A stretch of 64,000 bases of DNA from an uncultured Verrucomicrobiae bacterium (GTDB lineage Bacteria > Verrucomicrobiota > Verrucomicrobiia > Limisphaerales > Palsa-1400), in assembly GCA_963702845.1 (NCBI GenBank), contig OY969763.1, forward strand, positions 4,512,001 through 4,576,000, written 5' to 3'. The notes under the pieces were generated by a model. The model saw only the letters and a program-made list of their open reading frames with translations. It was not told the origin of the DNA and did not search any database. The translations under genes and the position numbers were made by a program. Shown here one piece after another: positions 29,202 to 39,324 of the stretch (position 1 is its first letter; each line of letters begins with the position of its first letter).

Positions 29202-31361
29202 CTACCTTCGGCCCCCGCTCCCCTCAAGTTGGGCGAGGCGATCGCGGGCTGGCTGGTTGCCCGCATCCAGACGAAGCGTTTCTTCGAACTGCCCTTTAGC
29301 ATCATCCAGATGCCCCTGCTTCATCAAGGCAACTCCCAGATTGAAATGCCCCATGGCGAATTCGGGCTTGAGACGAATAACCTGCTCGAATTCTTTCCTG
29401 GATTCGTCGGTGTTGCTCTCGGCTGCCAGGTGGTCTCCCAACTCGGCGTGAGCCTGCCAAAAGTCGGGGTCCAGCTCGATGGTCCGGCGGTAGCTGGCGA
29501 TGCTGTCGGCGCTGCGGTGCATTTTGGTGTATGCCCGGCCGTACGCGAAATAAACCTGGGGGTTTTTCGGGGCGATCTCTTTTGCCCGGCCAATTTCCTG
29601 CAAGGCCTGGTTCATTCTCGACTGGTTCATGTCGAGCTGAGCAAGCACAAGCCACGTTGGGCCGAACTCCGGCCGCAAATCTGCGGCGATTCTTAAACTA
29701 TCCTCCGCTTCCACGACCTTGCCCTGTGATCCGAGCGCCTTCCCGATGGCGAAGTAAGACATCGCGTTGTGAGGGATCAATTTCTGCACTGCAAGCCATT
29801 GCGCAAAAGCGCCCGACTGGTCACGGACTTCCTCCAGAAATGCCGCATATTTCTGCCGCAGAATATAATCGTCCGGCACGCGCGCGACGGCGTCCTCAAA
29901 GTCCGCGCGGGCCTTGGCTGCTGCGGCGGGATCCATCTGCTGGGCCAGCCGCTTCTCCCAATCCCGGACTTCTTTCACGCGCGAGTCATTGTTGGCTTGA
30001 TCGCTCAGCGGCGGCCGCTTGTATCGCTGAAGCATATCCTGAAGAACTTTGCTGCGGTTCCAATCGCTCAACCCCAGCCGCCGTTCGCATAGTTCCTGTG
30101 AAGCCCACGGCCCGTTCCCGGCTGTGGAAGTTGACACCCCGAGTTTTGTCCCCAGCGAACTCTCAATCTCCGCCGCCCACGCTCGGGCCAAACGGTAGTT
30201 GCCATCAAAATTAAGATGAACGTGCTCGTAAAAAGATTCCTCGCCTGCGACACCGCAAGGACTGTTCGTGTCGAGGACCTCGTCCGCATTCACGAGTCTC
30301 AATTGCGGGCAGGCGAACTGACGGCCCGCCTCCGCGATAATGCCGTTGATTCGCGAATCGGCGCGGAACGGCAAAGCATCGTAATCGCACGCCAACTCAA
30401 AGTGTTGTCGTGCCTCGGCGAAATTGGTGCGGTCTAAGGCAGAACGCGCTAAGCCAAACTGATTTTGCGCCGAATAAGGATCGGCTTGTTGGGATTTCTG
30501 CTTCGCCTGATCAGAATCCGGCATCGAGGCGAACGGCGGGCAATCCCGGAGGTTTACGGCGACCTTGTTCAGAATGATTCGCGTTCCTGAGGAAAGTCCG
30601 GACTGGAGAATATCCCTTAAATTCCCGCGAAAATTCGCGTATACCGACTCGCGTTTCGGATCCAGCGGCCCCACCCGTTCCGCGGCAAACATCCGCATCC
30701 CATCCCATTGTGCGGCGCGTTTGCCTTTGAGCCAATGCCCCGCCGATGCCGCCAACTGCCCCACGCGTGTCCTCTGGAGGGACAGCCCAAAGCGAACCAT
30801 CCAGAGCGGCGGCGCTTTTGCCCCGAAAACGGTGACGGCACCAAATGGGCCGACCATTTCGTTATTGCCCATGTAGACAATCCATAAATCCCCGTCCAGC
30901 CCGGCGCACTCTCGCGCAATAGGCAGAATGGTATGGGAGTTGATGGCGGTCATGGAGACATTGATGATTTCGAAGGATTGCTTCGGATAGCGTTCCCGCA
31001 GCATAACCTCAAGGTAACGCCACGCGCCGTAGGCAGGTTCGGGGTCTCCCATGGCCGCTGATTCGCCGAGCACGAAAATTCGGAAAGTGCCGGCGGGCTT
31101 GTGGGCGCGCATCCGCAATTCTTGCGGACTGCGAACCAGTTCAGGTGGAAAAAACCGAAGCCCGATTTTCTCATTCTCGACCAGGAAGTCCTCCCCTCGG
31201 ATTCGATACGGTCGAAAAAAGGTCGTCCGGTAACCATACCCGGCCAACCGCAAAGAGATTTCAAGGGTCCCGAGCACCAGCAACGGGAGCAGGACGGCCG
31301 CTGCTATGCGGAAAATCCACTGCCGACCTGGTGTCCGCGTGTGCATTATTTCATTTGCCAT
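29202..31361 (-). CDS. SGNH-hydrolase-like domain plus TPR repeat membrane-anchored protein
   Basis: TM; FVLGESAAMG, YMGNNE, EHVH; C-terminal TPRs. Start could be 31361 or the Met five codons later. Confidence 0.8.
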   Translation of the reverse strand: MANEIMHTRTPGRQWIFRIAAAVLLPLLVLGTLEISLRLAGYGYRTTFFRPYRIRGEDFLVENEKIGLRFFPPELVRSPQELRMRAHKPAGTFRIFVLGESAAMGDPEPAYGAWRYLEVMLRERYPKQSFEIINVSMTAINSHTILPIARECAGLDGDLWIVYMGNNEMVGPFGAVTVFGAKAPPLWMVRFGLSLQRTRVGQLAASAGHWLKGKRAAQWDGMRMFAAERVGPLDPKRESVYANFRGNLRDILQSGLSSGTRIILNKVAVNLRDCPPFASMPDSDQAKQKSQQADPYSAQNQFGLARSALDRTNFAEARQHFELACDYDALPFRADSRINGIIAEAGRQFACPQLRLVNADEVLDTNSPCGVAGEESFYEHVHLNFDGNYRLARAWAAEIESSLGTKLGVSTSTAGNGPWASQELCERRLGLSDWNRSKVLQDMLQRYKRPPLSDQANNDSRVKEVRDWEKRLAQQMDPAAAAKARADFEDAVARVPDDYILRQKYAAFLEEVRDQSGAFAQWLAVQKLIPHNAMSYFAIGKALGSQGKVVEAEDSLRIAADLRPEFGPTWLVLAQLDMNQSRMNQALQEIGRAKEIAPKNPQVYFAYGRAYTKMHRSADSIASYRRTIELDPDFWQAHAELGDHLAAESNTDESRKEFEQVIRLKPEFAMGHFNLGVALMKQGHLDDAKGQFEETLRLDAGNQPARDRLAQLEGSGGRR

Positions 31362-31521
31362 TGAGATCGTCTCCCCAGTTGGTGTGGTCGGGCTGTGCGT
31401 TCATAGGATCGGGGTTTGCCAAGAACTATCACAACCGTTGAAACGTATCAAGCAACTGCTGCCAGCCGATATTTTCTGCGTGCGTTCGGTCGTCGACGTC
31501 TTTACCGTTCTGCCGACTTTT

Positions 31522-32736
31522 ATGGCCCAAGTTGAACCATTTGCCGCTCTACGTCCAAAACCGGATCTTGCCATTCGCATCTGCGAATTGCCTTACGACG
31601 TGCTCTCCTCCGCGGAAGCACGCGAGCAAGCCAAAGATAATCCGCTCAGCTTTTTCCACGTCAGCAAACCGGAAATCGATCTGCCGGAGAATGTCGACGT
31701 ACATTCGCCGGAGGTTTATGCCAAAGGCAAAGAGAATTTCGACAAGCTGATTCGCGACGGCTCGCTCAAGCAGGACGCGCAGCCGAATTATTATTTCTAT
31801 CGCCAAATTATGGGCAAACACGCGCAGATCGGTTTGGTCGCCGGCGCGAGTTGCGAAGATTACCTCAACAACATCGTTAAAAAGCACGAGTTCACTCGGC
31901 CCGACAAAGAAGACGATCGCGTTCGCCACATCGAAACGCTCAATTCCCAAACCGGCCCCGTCTTCCTCGTTTACAAAGCAGTTGCCGCCATCGACCAAAT
32001 TGCCGCGAAAGTCACCTCGCAACCACCTGACACCGATTTCACCGCAAAAGATGGCGTGCGTCACACCGCGTGGGCCGTTCGCGACGCCGCGACGATCGAA
32101 ACCATTCGCAAAGAATTCGCCAAAATGCCCGCGCTCTACATCGCCGACGGCCATCATCGCAGCGCCGCCGCCGGTCGCGTTTACAAATCCCGCAAAGGCG
32201 CCGGTCACAGTGCATTTTTCCTCAGCGTCATCTTTCCCGATAACCAGGTGAGCATCCAGGCGTACAACCGCGTGCTTAAAGATTTCAACGGCACTGACGC
32301 CGCCGGTTTGATGGAAAAGCTCGAAAAGGTTTTCGCCATCAGCAGCCAGGCCACCGCGCAACCGACCAAAAAGCACGACCTCAGCCTATATATAAATGGC
32401 AAATGGCACGCGCTCACCTTCCGCCCGGAACTCACCTCCTCGGCTAGAGGCGTTGATGGTCTCGACGTCTCGCTGCTGCAAAATCATGTCCTTGCACCGA
32501 TTTTCGGCGTGGACGATCCGCGCACGAGTAAAAAAATTAATTTCGTCGGCGGCATTCGTGGCACGGGCGAATTGGAAAAACTTGTTAACAGCGGCGAATA
32601 CGCCTGCGCATTTTCCATGTTCCCGACCAGCATCACCGACCTGATGACCATTGCTGATGCCGATGGCATCATGCCGCCGAAGAGCACGTGGTTCGAGCCC
32701 AAGCTGCGCGACGCGATGTTCTGCCATATGATATAG
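31522..32736 (+). CDS. DUF1015 family protein
   Basis: LPYDV, KKHEFTRPDKEDDR, YIADGHHR, MPPKSTWFEPKL. Confidence 0.9.
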   Translation: MAQVEPFAALRPKPDLAIRICELPYDVLSSAEAREQAKDNPLSFFHVSKPEIDLPENVDVHSPEVYAKGKENFDKLIRDGSLKQDAQPNYYFYRQIMGKHAQIGLVAGASCEDYLNNIVKKHEFTRPDKEDDRVRHIETLNSQTGPVFLVYKAVAAIDQIAAKVTSQPPDTDFTAKDGVRHTAWAVRDAATIETIRKEFAKMPALYIADGHHRSAAAGRVYKSRKGAGHSAFFLSVIFPDNQVSIQAYNRVLKDFNGTDAAGLMEKLEKVFAISSQATAQPTKKHDLSLYINGKWHALTFRPELTSSARGVDGLDVSLLQNHVLAPIFGVDDPRTSKKINFVGGIRGTGELEKLVNSGEYACAFSMFPTSITDLMTIADADGIMPPKSTWFEPKLRDAMFCHMI

Positions 32737-32779
32737 AAAGTATGGAGTTCCGCCTTTCGACGGTTCTCATTTACAAACT

Positions 32780-33676
32780 ATGCCAGAAGCGCCAAAAGCC
32801 CGATTGCATCGTGGATTGCGCGCAACCTTTCTGGGCATGGGCGTCAACGCGCTCCTAACTGGTGGGAAATTCACCGCAGGCGTCCTCGGCCATTCCAACG
32901 CCCTCATTGCCGACGCGACCGAATCGCTCGCCGACATGATTAGTTCTATCATCGTCTGGCGCGGGCTCGTCGTTGCGGCCGCGCCCCCCGATCGCGAGCA
33001 CCCTTACGGCCACGGCAAAGCCGAACCGCTCGCCGCCGCTTTCGTCGCCGCGATGTTGATGATCGCAGCCGGTTTGATCGGAATCCGTTCCGCGAACCAA
33101 CTCACTCTCGAGTCGCGCGACCTGCCACACCCGTTCACTCTCTACGTTTTGCTTGGCGTCGTGCTGATTAAAGAATTGATGTATCGCTTCGTTTCGCGCG
33201 AGGCCGGCTCCATGGAAAGCATCACGCTCTATAGCGACGCTGCCCACCATCGCAGTGACGCGATCACTTCACTCGCCGCCGCCATCGGCATTACGATCGC
33301 GCTGATGGGCGGACCGAAATTCGCCAAAGCCGACGACATCGCCGCCATCGTCGCAGCGGTCATCATTGCCTACAACGGCTTCAAACTTCTCCGTCCTGCA
33401 GTTAACGAATTAATGGATACCTCCGCCAGCCGCGCGATGATCCAGAAAATCCGAGAAATCGCCGCTGAAGTCGAAGGCGTGCACAGAATCGAAAAATGCC
33501 TCGCGCGCAAATCCGGTTATCAATACCTCGTCGACATGCACATGGAAGTTGATCCCCGGATGACCGTAGCCGAAGCCCACAAAATTTCCCATCGCGTCAA
33601 AGACCACGTCCGCGAAAAAATCCCTGAAGTCTCCAATGTGCTCGTCCACATCGAACCGAGCCACGATGAACACTAA
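32780..33676 (+). CDS. Cation diffusion facilitator family transporter (FieF-like)
   Basis: SNALIADA, PPDREHPYGHGKAE, HHRSD, VLVHIEP. Confidence 0.92.
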   Translation: MPEAPKARLHRGLRATFLGMGVNALLTGGKFTAGVLGHSNALIADATESLADMISSIIVWRGLVVAAAPPDREHPYGHGKAEPLAAAFVAAMLMIAAGLIGIRSANQLTLESRDLPHPFTLYVLLGVVLIKELMYRFVSREAGSMESITLYSDAAHHRSDAITSLAAAIGITIALMGGPKFAKADDIAAIVAAVIIAYNGFKLLRPAVNELMDTSASRAMIQKIREIAAEVEGVHRIEKCLARKSGYQYLVDMHMEVDPRMTVAEAHKISHRVKDHVREKIPEVSNVLVHIEPSHDEH

Positions 33677-33679
33677 TAT

Positions 33680-33705
33680 GGCGCGCGCGGAGCGCACGCC
33701 CTGCC
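33680..33705 (-). repeat. REP copy (RAYT-flank family)
   Basis: ggcgcgcgcggagcgcacgccctgcc. Confidence 0.7.
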
Positions 33706-33779
33706 GTTTTGACCCACATCATCGCGGCCCAAACATTCTTGACTCCGGCGCTCCAACAACTGACAAATAAACCCTCAAA

Positions 33780-35012
33780 ATGAAAATAGTTTTAGCTTAC
33801 TCGGGCGGCCTCGATACCTCCGTCCTCCTTTCCTGGATCAAAGAAAAATACAACGCCGAAATGATCGCGTTCTGCGCCGACATCGGCCAGGAAGAAGAAC
33901 TCAAGGGGCTCGACAAAAAGGCCAAAAACACTGGCGCTTCCAAAATCTATATCGACGATTTGCAGGAAGAATTCGCGCGCGACTTCATCTTTCCGATGAT
34001 GCAAGCCGGCGCGGTTTACGAAAACCAATACTTTCTCGGCACCAGCATTGCGCGCCCGCTCATCGCCAAGCGCATGATCGAAATCGCGCGCAAAGAAAAA
34101 GCCGACGCCATCGCCCATGGCGCCACCGGCAAAGGTAACGACCAGGTTCGATTCGAACTCACCGCCGCCGCACTCGCGCCTGAACTCCAGATAATCGCCC
34201 CGTGGCGCGACGAACGTTATCGCAACGAATTTCCCGGCCGCGCCGAGATGATTAAATATTGCGAAGACAAAGGCATTCCCGTCCAGGCCACCGCGAAAAA
34301 GCCGTACTCAATGGATCGCAATCTTCTGCACATCTCCTACGAAGCCGGCATTCTCGAAGATCCGTGGCTCGACGCTTCGGCTCCCGAGTACAAAAAAATG
34401 TACACCCTCAGCGTCTCGCCCGAAGACGCGCCGAATAAACCCGAATACGTCACCCTCGATTTCGAACAAGGCAACTGCATTGCCGTTAACGGGAAGAAAC
34501 TGAACCCGCTCGGCGTCATGAAAGCGCTGAACAAACTCGGCGGCAAACACGGCGTCGGCCGCGTTGACCTGGTTGAGAACCGTTACGTCGGGATGAAATC
34601 GCGCGGCGTTTACGAAACACCCGGCGGCGCGATCCTGCACTTTGCTCATCGCCAGATCGAAAGCATCACGATGGACCGCGAAGTCATGCACCTGCGCGAC
34701 TCACTCATTCCGAAGTATGGCGAACTCGTTTACTACGGCTACTGGTTCGCGCCGGAACGCTACGCGTTGCAAGCGCTCGTGACTGAGAGTCAAAAGGACG
34801 TCACCGGCACGATTCGCGTGAAACTTTACAAAGGCAATATCATCAATGCCGGACGCAAGTCGCCAGTCAGCCTCTACAACCCGCACATCGCGACGATGGA
34901 AGCTGACCCGACCAAGGCCTACAATCAGGACGACGCGACCGGCTTCATCCGTTTGAATGGCTTACGCTTGAAAGTTGCCTCTCAAGTTCATGGCGCGAAT
35001 AAAAAGCGCTAA
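33780..35012 (+). CDS. argG: Argininosuccinate synthase
   Basis: [35 protein letters not shown]. Confidence 0.97.
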   Translation: MKIVLAYSGGLDTSVLLSWIKEKYNAEMIAFCADIGQEEELKGLDKKAKNTGASKIYIDDLQEEFARDFIFPMMQAGAVYENQYFLGTSIARPLIAKRMIEIARKEKADAIAHGATGKGNDQVRFELTAAALAPELQIIAPWRDERYRNEFPGRAEMIKYCEDKGIPVQATAKKPYSMDRNLLHISYEAGILEDPWLDASAPEYKKMYTLSVSPEDAPNKPEYVTLDFEQGNCIAVNGKKLNPLGVMKALNKLGGKHGVGRVDLVENRYVGMKSRGVYETPGGAILHFAHRQIESITMDREVMHLRDSLIPKYGELVYYGYWFAPERYALQALVTESQKDVTGTIRVKLYKGNIINAGRKSPVSLYNPHIATMEADPTKAYNQDDATGFIRLNGLRLKVASQVHGANKKR

Positions 35013-35037
35013 GTTCGGGCTCTCATAGAAATTGCAA

Positions 35038-35074
35038 TCGGCATCTCGGGACGTCCGAGATGCCGAATTCTTTT
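35038..35074 (+). terminator. Hairpin terminator between argG and the convergent gene
   Basis: TCGGCATCTCGG/CCGAGATGCCGA 12-bp stem then attctttt. Confidence 0.65.
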
Positions 35075-35088
35075 GGGTCGATAACGAA

Positions 35089-35664
35089 CTACTCCTTCGA
35101 CACCTCGGGCAAGAGCGTCCGTTCCATCCATATATCAACGAATTCGACGTTGGCGGTGGGCAGAATTGGTGTGCCAGCAAAGGTCTTTTTGAAGGAGAAC
35201 CCGCGTTTCGACATGACGTTCATTGCGCGGGTGAGATACCACATCCTTGAATCCGCATCATCTGGTTTGTCTGATTTTTTTGCGGCCACAAGTTCACTCG
35301 TGCCATCCGGCCAGATGACACTGGTATTCGGGCCAGAGCAGCGCGTGGAGGCGTATTCCACTCGCTGTTTTGTATCCATGCGGACCAAATAAGCGTCGCG
35401 ATAGGTGAGGAGAGAAAGGACGAAACCTTTCTTCGCCATCTTGTTCATTCCGACCGTGAGATACCAGAGTCGGGTATCGCCCGTGCCATGAAGTTTCTCG
35501 CCGTCCCCAATTTTTTCGGCGGTGCCGTCGGGCCACATGATTCTAGAGGAAGGGCCATCAAACCTAATGGTCCCATATTCGAGGTTGGTTTGGGCGTTGA
35601 GGTGATAAACGGTGAATAAAAGCGCCGCGCAGACGATGCGCGCGATCCATTGGTTGCCTTTCAT
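35089..35664 (-). CDS. Secreted hypothetical protein with an internal two-fold repeat
   Basis: Signal peptide; EY..(IMW/VIW)PDGT.E..D(T/S)R(L/M)WYLT..MN.M.K.GF occurs twice. Confidence 0.75.
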   Translation of the reverse strand: MKGNQWIARIVCAALLFTVYHLNAQTNLEYGTIRFDGPSSRIMWPDGTAEKIGDGEKLHGTGDTRLWYLTVGMNKMAKKGFVLSLLTYRDAYLVRMDTKQRVEYASTRCSGPNTSVIWPDGTSELVAAKKSDKPDDADSRMWYLTRAMNVMSKRGFSFKKTFAGTPILPTANVEFVDIWMERTLLPEVSKE

Positions 35665-35759
35665 ATTCGGAGCTAAACAGGCTAGGTGCCTTGCTGCAAG
35701 AATGTTCTAGCGAACTGCATTTAAGCGCGCGACTATCTGGCCTTCGAAGCCGAACCGAA

Positions 35760-36101
35760 ATGAGCGAACCGCAAAAACTCCTGTTCATCTGCAGTCAAAA
35801 TCGGTGGCGAAGTTTGACTGCCGAAAAAATGTACGACGGATTCCCCGGCTATGAAGTCCGCTCCGCCGGGACCGAACAAGGCGCGCGCATTCGCGTCACC
35901 GAAGGGCACATCGGTTGGGCGGATATTATTTTTGTAATGGAGAAACGGCACATAGATCGACTGCACGACCGGTTTGGGGATCAATTAACCGGCAAACAAT
36001 TGATTTGTCTGCACATTGGCGATGATTATCAGTTCATGTCCAAAGACCTGGTCGCTGTTTTGAGGGAACAACTTAGGCCTCATGTGGATGTCCCGGAGTG
36101 A
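35760..36101 (+). CDS. Low-molecular-weight protein tyrosine phosphatase-like protein
   Basis: LFICSQNRWRS (CX5R), VRSAGT, WADIIFVME. Confidence 0.88.
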   Translation: MSEPQKLLFICSQNRWRSLTAEKMYDGFPGYEVRSAGTEQGARIRVTEGHIGWADIIFVMEKRHIDRLHDRFGDQLTGKQLICLHIGDDYQFMSKDLVAVLREQLRPHVDVPE

Positions 36102-36112
36102 TGAACTGACTG

Positions 36113-36143
36113 AAATGCTGAATGCCGAATCCTGAATACTGAA
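36113..36143. repeat. Degenerate 7-bp tandem repeat
   Basis: aaatgct gaatgcc gaatcct gaatact gaa. Confidence 0.6.
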
Positions 36144-36299
36144 GTACCGCAGCAAATCCGTTGACTCAAACAAACCGCTCAATTGATAGCGAGGTGAAAA
36201 ACCGTCTATGGGGTAGAGCAAGTCAAATCCCCACTAGTTTTTTCCAAATCGTTCCATGTTCCACTTGACCCACCCATGTCCATCGTGAACCCTGTAGGC

Positions 36300-36851
36300 G
36301 TGGGAAACTTTTACGTCAATCACACTGTTCGTGGAGCGACCGCAGAGGCGGTAGCGAAAGCTTTGAAGGGGCGGACCGCGATTATCGCGCCTGCGGACGA
36401 TAATTGCGTTGTCGTGTTTGATGCGGAATGCGATACGCAGGATCAGGCAGTCATTACCGAACTTGGCGAAAAGCTTTCCAGCGAGCTGGGCGCGACCGTC
36501 CTGGCTGTATTGAATCACGACGATGACATTCTCTGGTATCAGTTGTTCGAGAAGGGCATGGTCATCGATGAATACGATTCGATGCCCGGATACTTCGACG
36601 AGGACTCGGACCATTCCGGCGCCCTCGGCGGCGACGCGCAAAAACTTGCAGCCGCATTCGGCATTCAGGATGCAGTGGGCATCGCACGAATTCTGAAGAG
36701 CGACAAATACGCATCCGCCGTGGAACGCCACGCCGCGCTGTGTGAAGCCCTGAACCTTCCCGACTTCGCCGCCGGTTGCGGCTACCGCTATATCGACAGC
36801 GGTGAACTGCCTGAAGACCTGAGCGAAGACGACCTGTTAAAAATCGGTTAG
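36300..36851 (+). CDS. Acidic hypothetical protein
   Basis: Long ORF with genome-like codons; start GTG 36300 or ATG 36276; NHDDDILWYQLF. Confidence 0.7.
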   Translation: MGNFYVNHTVRGATAEAVAKALKGRTAIIAPADDNCVVVFDAECDTQDQAVITELGEKLSSELGATVLAVLNHDDDILWYQLFEKGMVIDEYDSMPGYFDEDSDHSGALGGDAQKLAAAFGIQDAVGIARILKSDKYASAVERHAALCEALNLPDFAAGCGYRYIDSGELPEDLSEDDLLKIG

Positions 36852-36858
36852 TTTTCGC

Positions 36859-36942
36859 AACAGAACCGCGCGCGTCAGCAAGCGGCTTTCTACCATCGGC
36901 GTCATCTCTGCAAAACCGCTTACTGACGCGCGCGGCTCTGTT
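36859..36942. repeat. REPIN-like inverted pair (separate family)
   Basis: acagaaccgcgcgcgtcagcaagcgg ... ccgcttactgacgcgcgcggctctgt. Confidence 0.75.
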
Positions 36943-37085
36943 TGATGCACTTCGCGCGAACCCGACGCAGAGTGCGTGAAAATGGGCCATCATAGCCATT
37001 TTACCGAATACCGTTCCCTCGTGTGGCGAGGAAAAAAAGCGTTGGCAAGCATTATGCTGAATGTTTGACAACAGCTCAAATCGTT

Positions 37086-38420
37086 ATGCCAAGGTATCGA
37101 TACGCAGCGATGAACTCGCGAGGAGCAGAGGAGAAAGGCTCTCTCGACGCCGAAGATCAATCCACTGCACTGGCGCGCATCAAGGAGATGCAACTCTTCC
37201 CCATCCGTGTCGTGGAGTACCGCGCCGTCGAGAGTTCCACGAAAGTTTTGGGCCGCGAGGTTGTCGGACCGCGGAACAAAGGCAGAGTCAAAAAGCTCGG
37301 CCTGCAAATGAACGTCACGCTTCCGGGATTCCGGAATCGAGTCTCGACCAAATCGCTGGGAGTATTTACGGCGGAATTGGCGACGTTGTTGCAGGCCGGG
37401 CTACCGCTGCTGCGCGGGTTGCGTGTGCTCGAGAAACAGGAACGATCCGCGAACCTCAAACGCATCATCGGCGAATTGAGTTTTTCCATCGAAGGCGGCA
37501 GCACGTTGTCCGAAGCGCTCGCCGCGCATCCGAAAGTTTTCAATCGCTTGTTCGTGAACATGGTCAAAGCAGGCGAGATCGGTGGCGTCCTGGAAGTGAC
37601 ACTCTCCCGACTTTCCGAGTTCATGGAAAAGGCGCAGAAGATCCGCGGCAAAGTCATCGCCGCGATGTGTTATCCGGTGGCGGTCCTGTTCGTGGCCGGT
37701 GCAATCATGGCTTTGTTGTTGGTTTTGGTGGTGCCGAAGTTCAAGGAGATCTTCGAAGGATTGACCAACGGACAACCGCTACCGGCATTTACACAATTCG
37801 TCGTTGGAATCAGTGACGTGATAAAATCTCATTTTCTCAGCGCGGCCGCTGTGGCGTTTGGGGGGTTGGTCGCGCTGAGATTCTTTGTCAAAACACCATT
37901 CGGCCGGCGCGTCTTCGATCGAATTAAACTTGCCGCACCCGTGTTCGGCCCAGTCCTGAAGAAAGTCGCCATCTCGCGCTTCACCCGCACGCTCGGGACT
38001 TTAATCAGCAGCGGTGTGCCGATACTGCAGGCGTTAACGATCGTAAAAGAAACCTCCGGCAACGTCATCGTCGGCAACGCCGTTCAAGCGGTGCACAACA
38101 GCGTGAAGGAAGGAGAGACCATCACCGCGCCGTTGGAAGCCGCGAATCTTTTTCCGCCGATGGTTATCAGTATGGTCGATGTCGGTGAACAAACCGGCGC
38201 GTTGCCGGAGATGTTGATGAAGATCGCCGACAAATACGACGACGAGGTCGACAACGCCGTCGCCGCCATGACGTCCTTGTTGGAACCGATTATGATCGTG
38301 ATCCTCGGGATCATCGTCGGAGCGATCGTGATCGCGATGTATCTGCCGATTATCAATATCGGCCCTGGCATAGATGGCGACCGTCAGCAAAGCGGTGGCG
38401 CAGTAGCGCGCAACGATTGA
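37086..38420 (+). CDS. Type II secretion system F / type IV pilus PilC family protein
   Basis: LATLLQAGLPL, MVKAGEIGGVL, LGTLISSGVPILQAL, VGEQTGAL, LLEP. Confidence 0.92.
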   Translation: MPRYRYAAMNSRGAEEKGSLDAEDQSTALARIKEMQLFPIRVVEYRAVESSTKVLGREVVGPRNKGRVKKLGLQMNVTLPGFRNRVSTKSLGVFTAELATLLQAGLPLLRGLRVLEKQERSANLKRIIGELSFSIEGGSTLSEALAAHPKVFNRLFVNMVKAGEIGGVLEVTLSRLSEFMEKAQKIRGKVIAAMCYPVAVLFVAGAIMALLLVLVVPKFKEIFEGLTNGQPLPAFTQFVVGISDVIKSHFLSAAAVAFGGLVALRFFVKTPFGRRVFDRIKLAAPVFGPVLKKVAISRFTRTLGTLISSGVPILQALTIVKETSGNVIVGNAVQAVHNSVKEGETITAPLEAANLFPPMVISMVDVGEQTGALPEMLMKIADKYDDEVDNAVAAMTSLLEPIMIVILGIIVGAIVIAMYLPIINIGPGIDGDRQQSGGAVARND

Positions 38421-38423
38421 TGA

Positions 38424-39155
38424 TTATTGGAGATGCAACGGCTGGATACGCAAATTACGAAACGCAACGGGACCATGGTCGCCTTGCAACATGATCGGCC
38501 CGAGCGGCGCTTCGTGTTCGAAGCCGGGACTGCGCGTCGGCCCAGTGACCACCGCGTTTTCGTGGATGAGCTTGCCGTTTTGCCAAACTTTGATGAACCG
38601 GCCGTTCTCAGTTTTTTTGCCGGAATCATCAAAACGCGGCGCGCGAAAGATGATATCGAACGATTGCCAAAGGCCGGGGCGGCGGCTGGCGTTGAGACGC
38701 GGAGCAGTGCCCTCAAAGCCTTTGCCGTTCTTCCAGCGTTGATAAATGCCGCCGCAATCGCCGTATTTCAGATGATCGTTGGGCACGCCCCTGCTATCGA
38801 GAATTTGCACTTCGTAACGGCCCTGGACGTAAACGCCAGAATTGGAGTTGGACGCGACATTGAACTCGACGTGAATGGCTGCATCGCCGAGTTCAGTCTT
38901 GCTCATCAGATTTTGTTCTTTGCCTTCAGGACCGTTCACGAAAATTCCGGTCCCCGGCTGAATGACAAACAAGTGCGGATTTTCGGGATTGAGCGAAACG
39001 GATTTAGCGACGGTCCAGCCAGGGCTCGGATTGCGCCATTGGGAAAGATCTTTGCCGTTGAAGAGATCAATGGAATGAGACGAGCGAGTCGGGTCACTGG
39101 CACAACCGGCAATGAGCATCGCCAACATTGAACAGCAGGTGAAAAGAGATTTCAT
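38424..39155 (-). CDS. DUF1080 (3-keto-disaccharide hydrolase) lipoprotein
   Basis: Lipobox IAGC; LFNGKDL, NSGVY, YEVQILD, LQGDHGPVAFRN. Confidence 0.9.
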   Translation of the reverse strand: MKSLFTCCSMLAMLIAGCASDPTRSSHSIDLFNGKDLSQWRNPSPGWTVAKSVSLNPENPHLFVIQPGTGIFVNGPEGKEQNLMSKTELGDAAIHVEFNVASNSNSGVYVQGRYEVQILDSRGVPNDHLKYGDCGGIYQRWKNGKGFEGTAPRLNASRRPGLWQSFDIIFRAPRFDDSGKKTENGRFIKVWQNGKLIHENAVVTGPTRSPGFEHEAPLGPIMLQGDHGPVAFRNLRIQPLHLQ

Positions 39156-39324
39156 AAAATATGAACGCACATTGTTTTCACCGGTGTGGGACTGCACAAG
39201 AAAAAACCCAACGAATGTGCGTTTGACTGCACATAATTGACAACATTGGAGAAATGTCGATAGGCTCGCCATTACGACGGGCGCAATCACCAGCTCAACC
39301 CAAACCAAACTAAAAAGGAATCAG

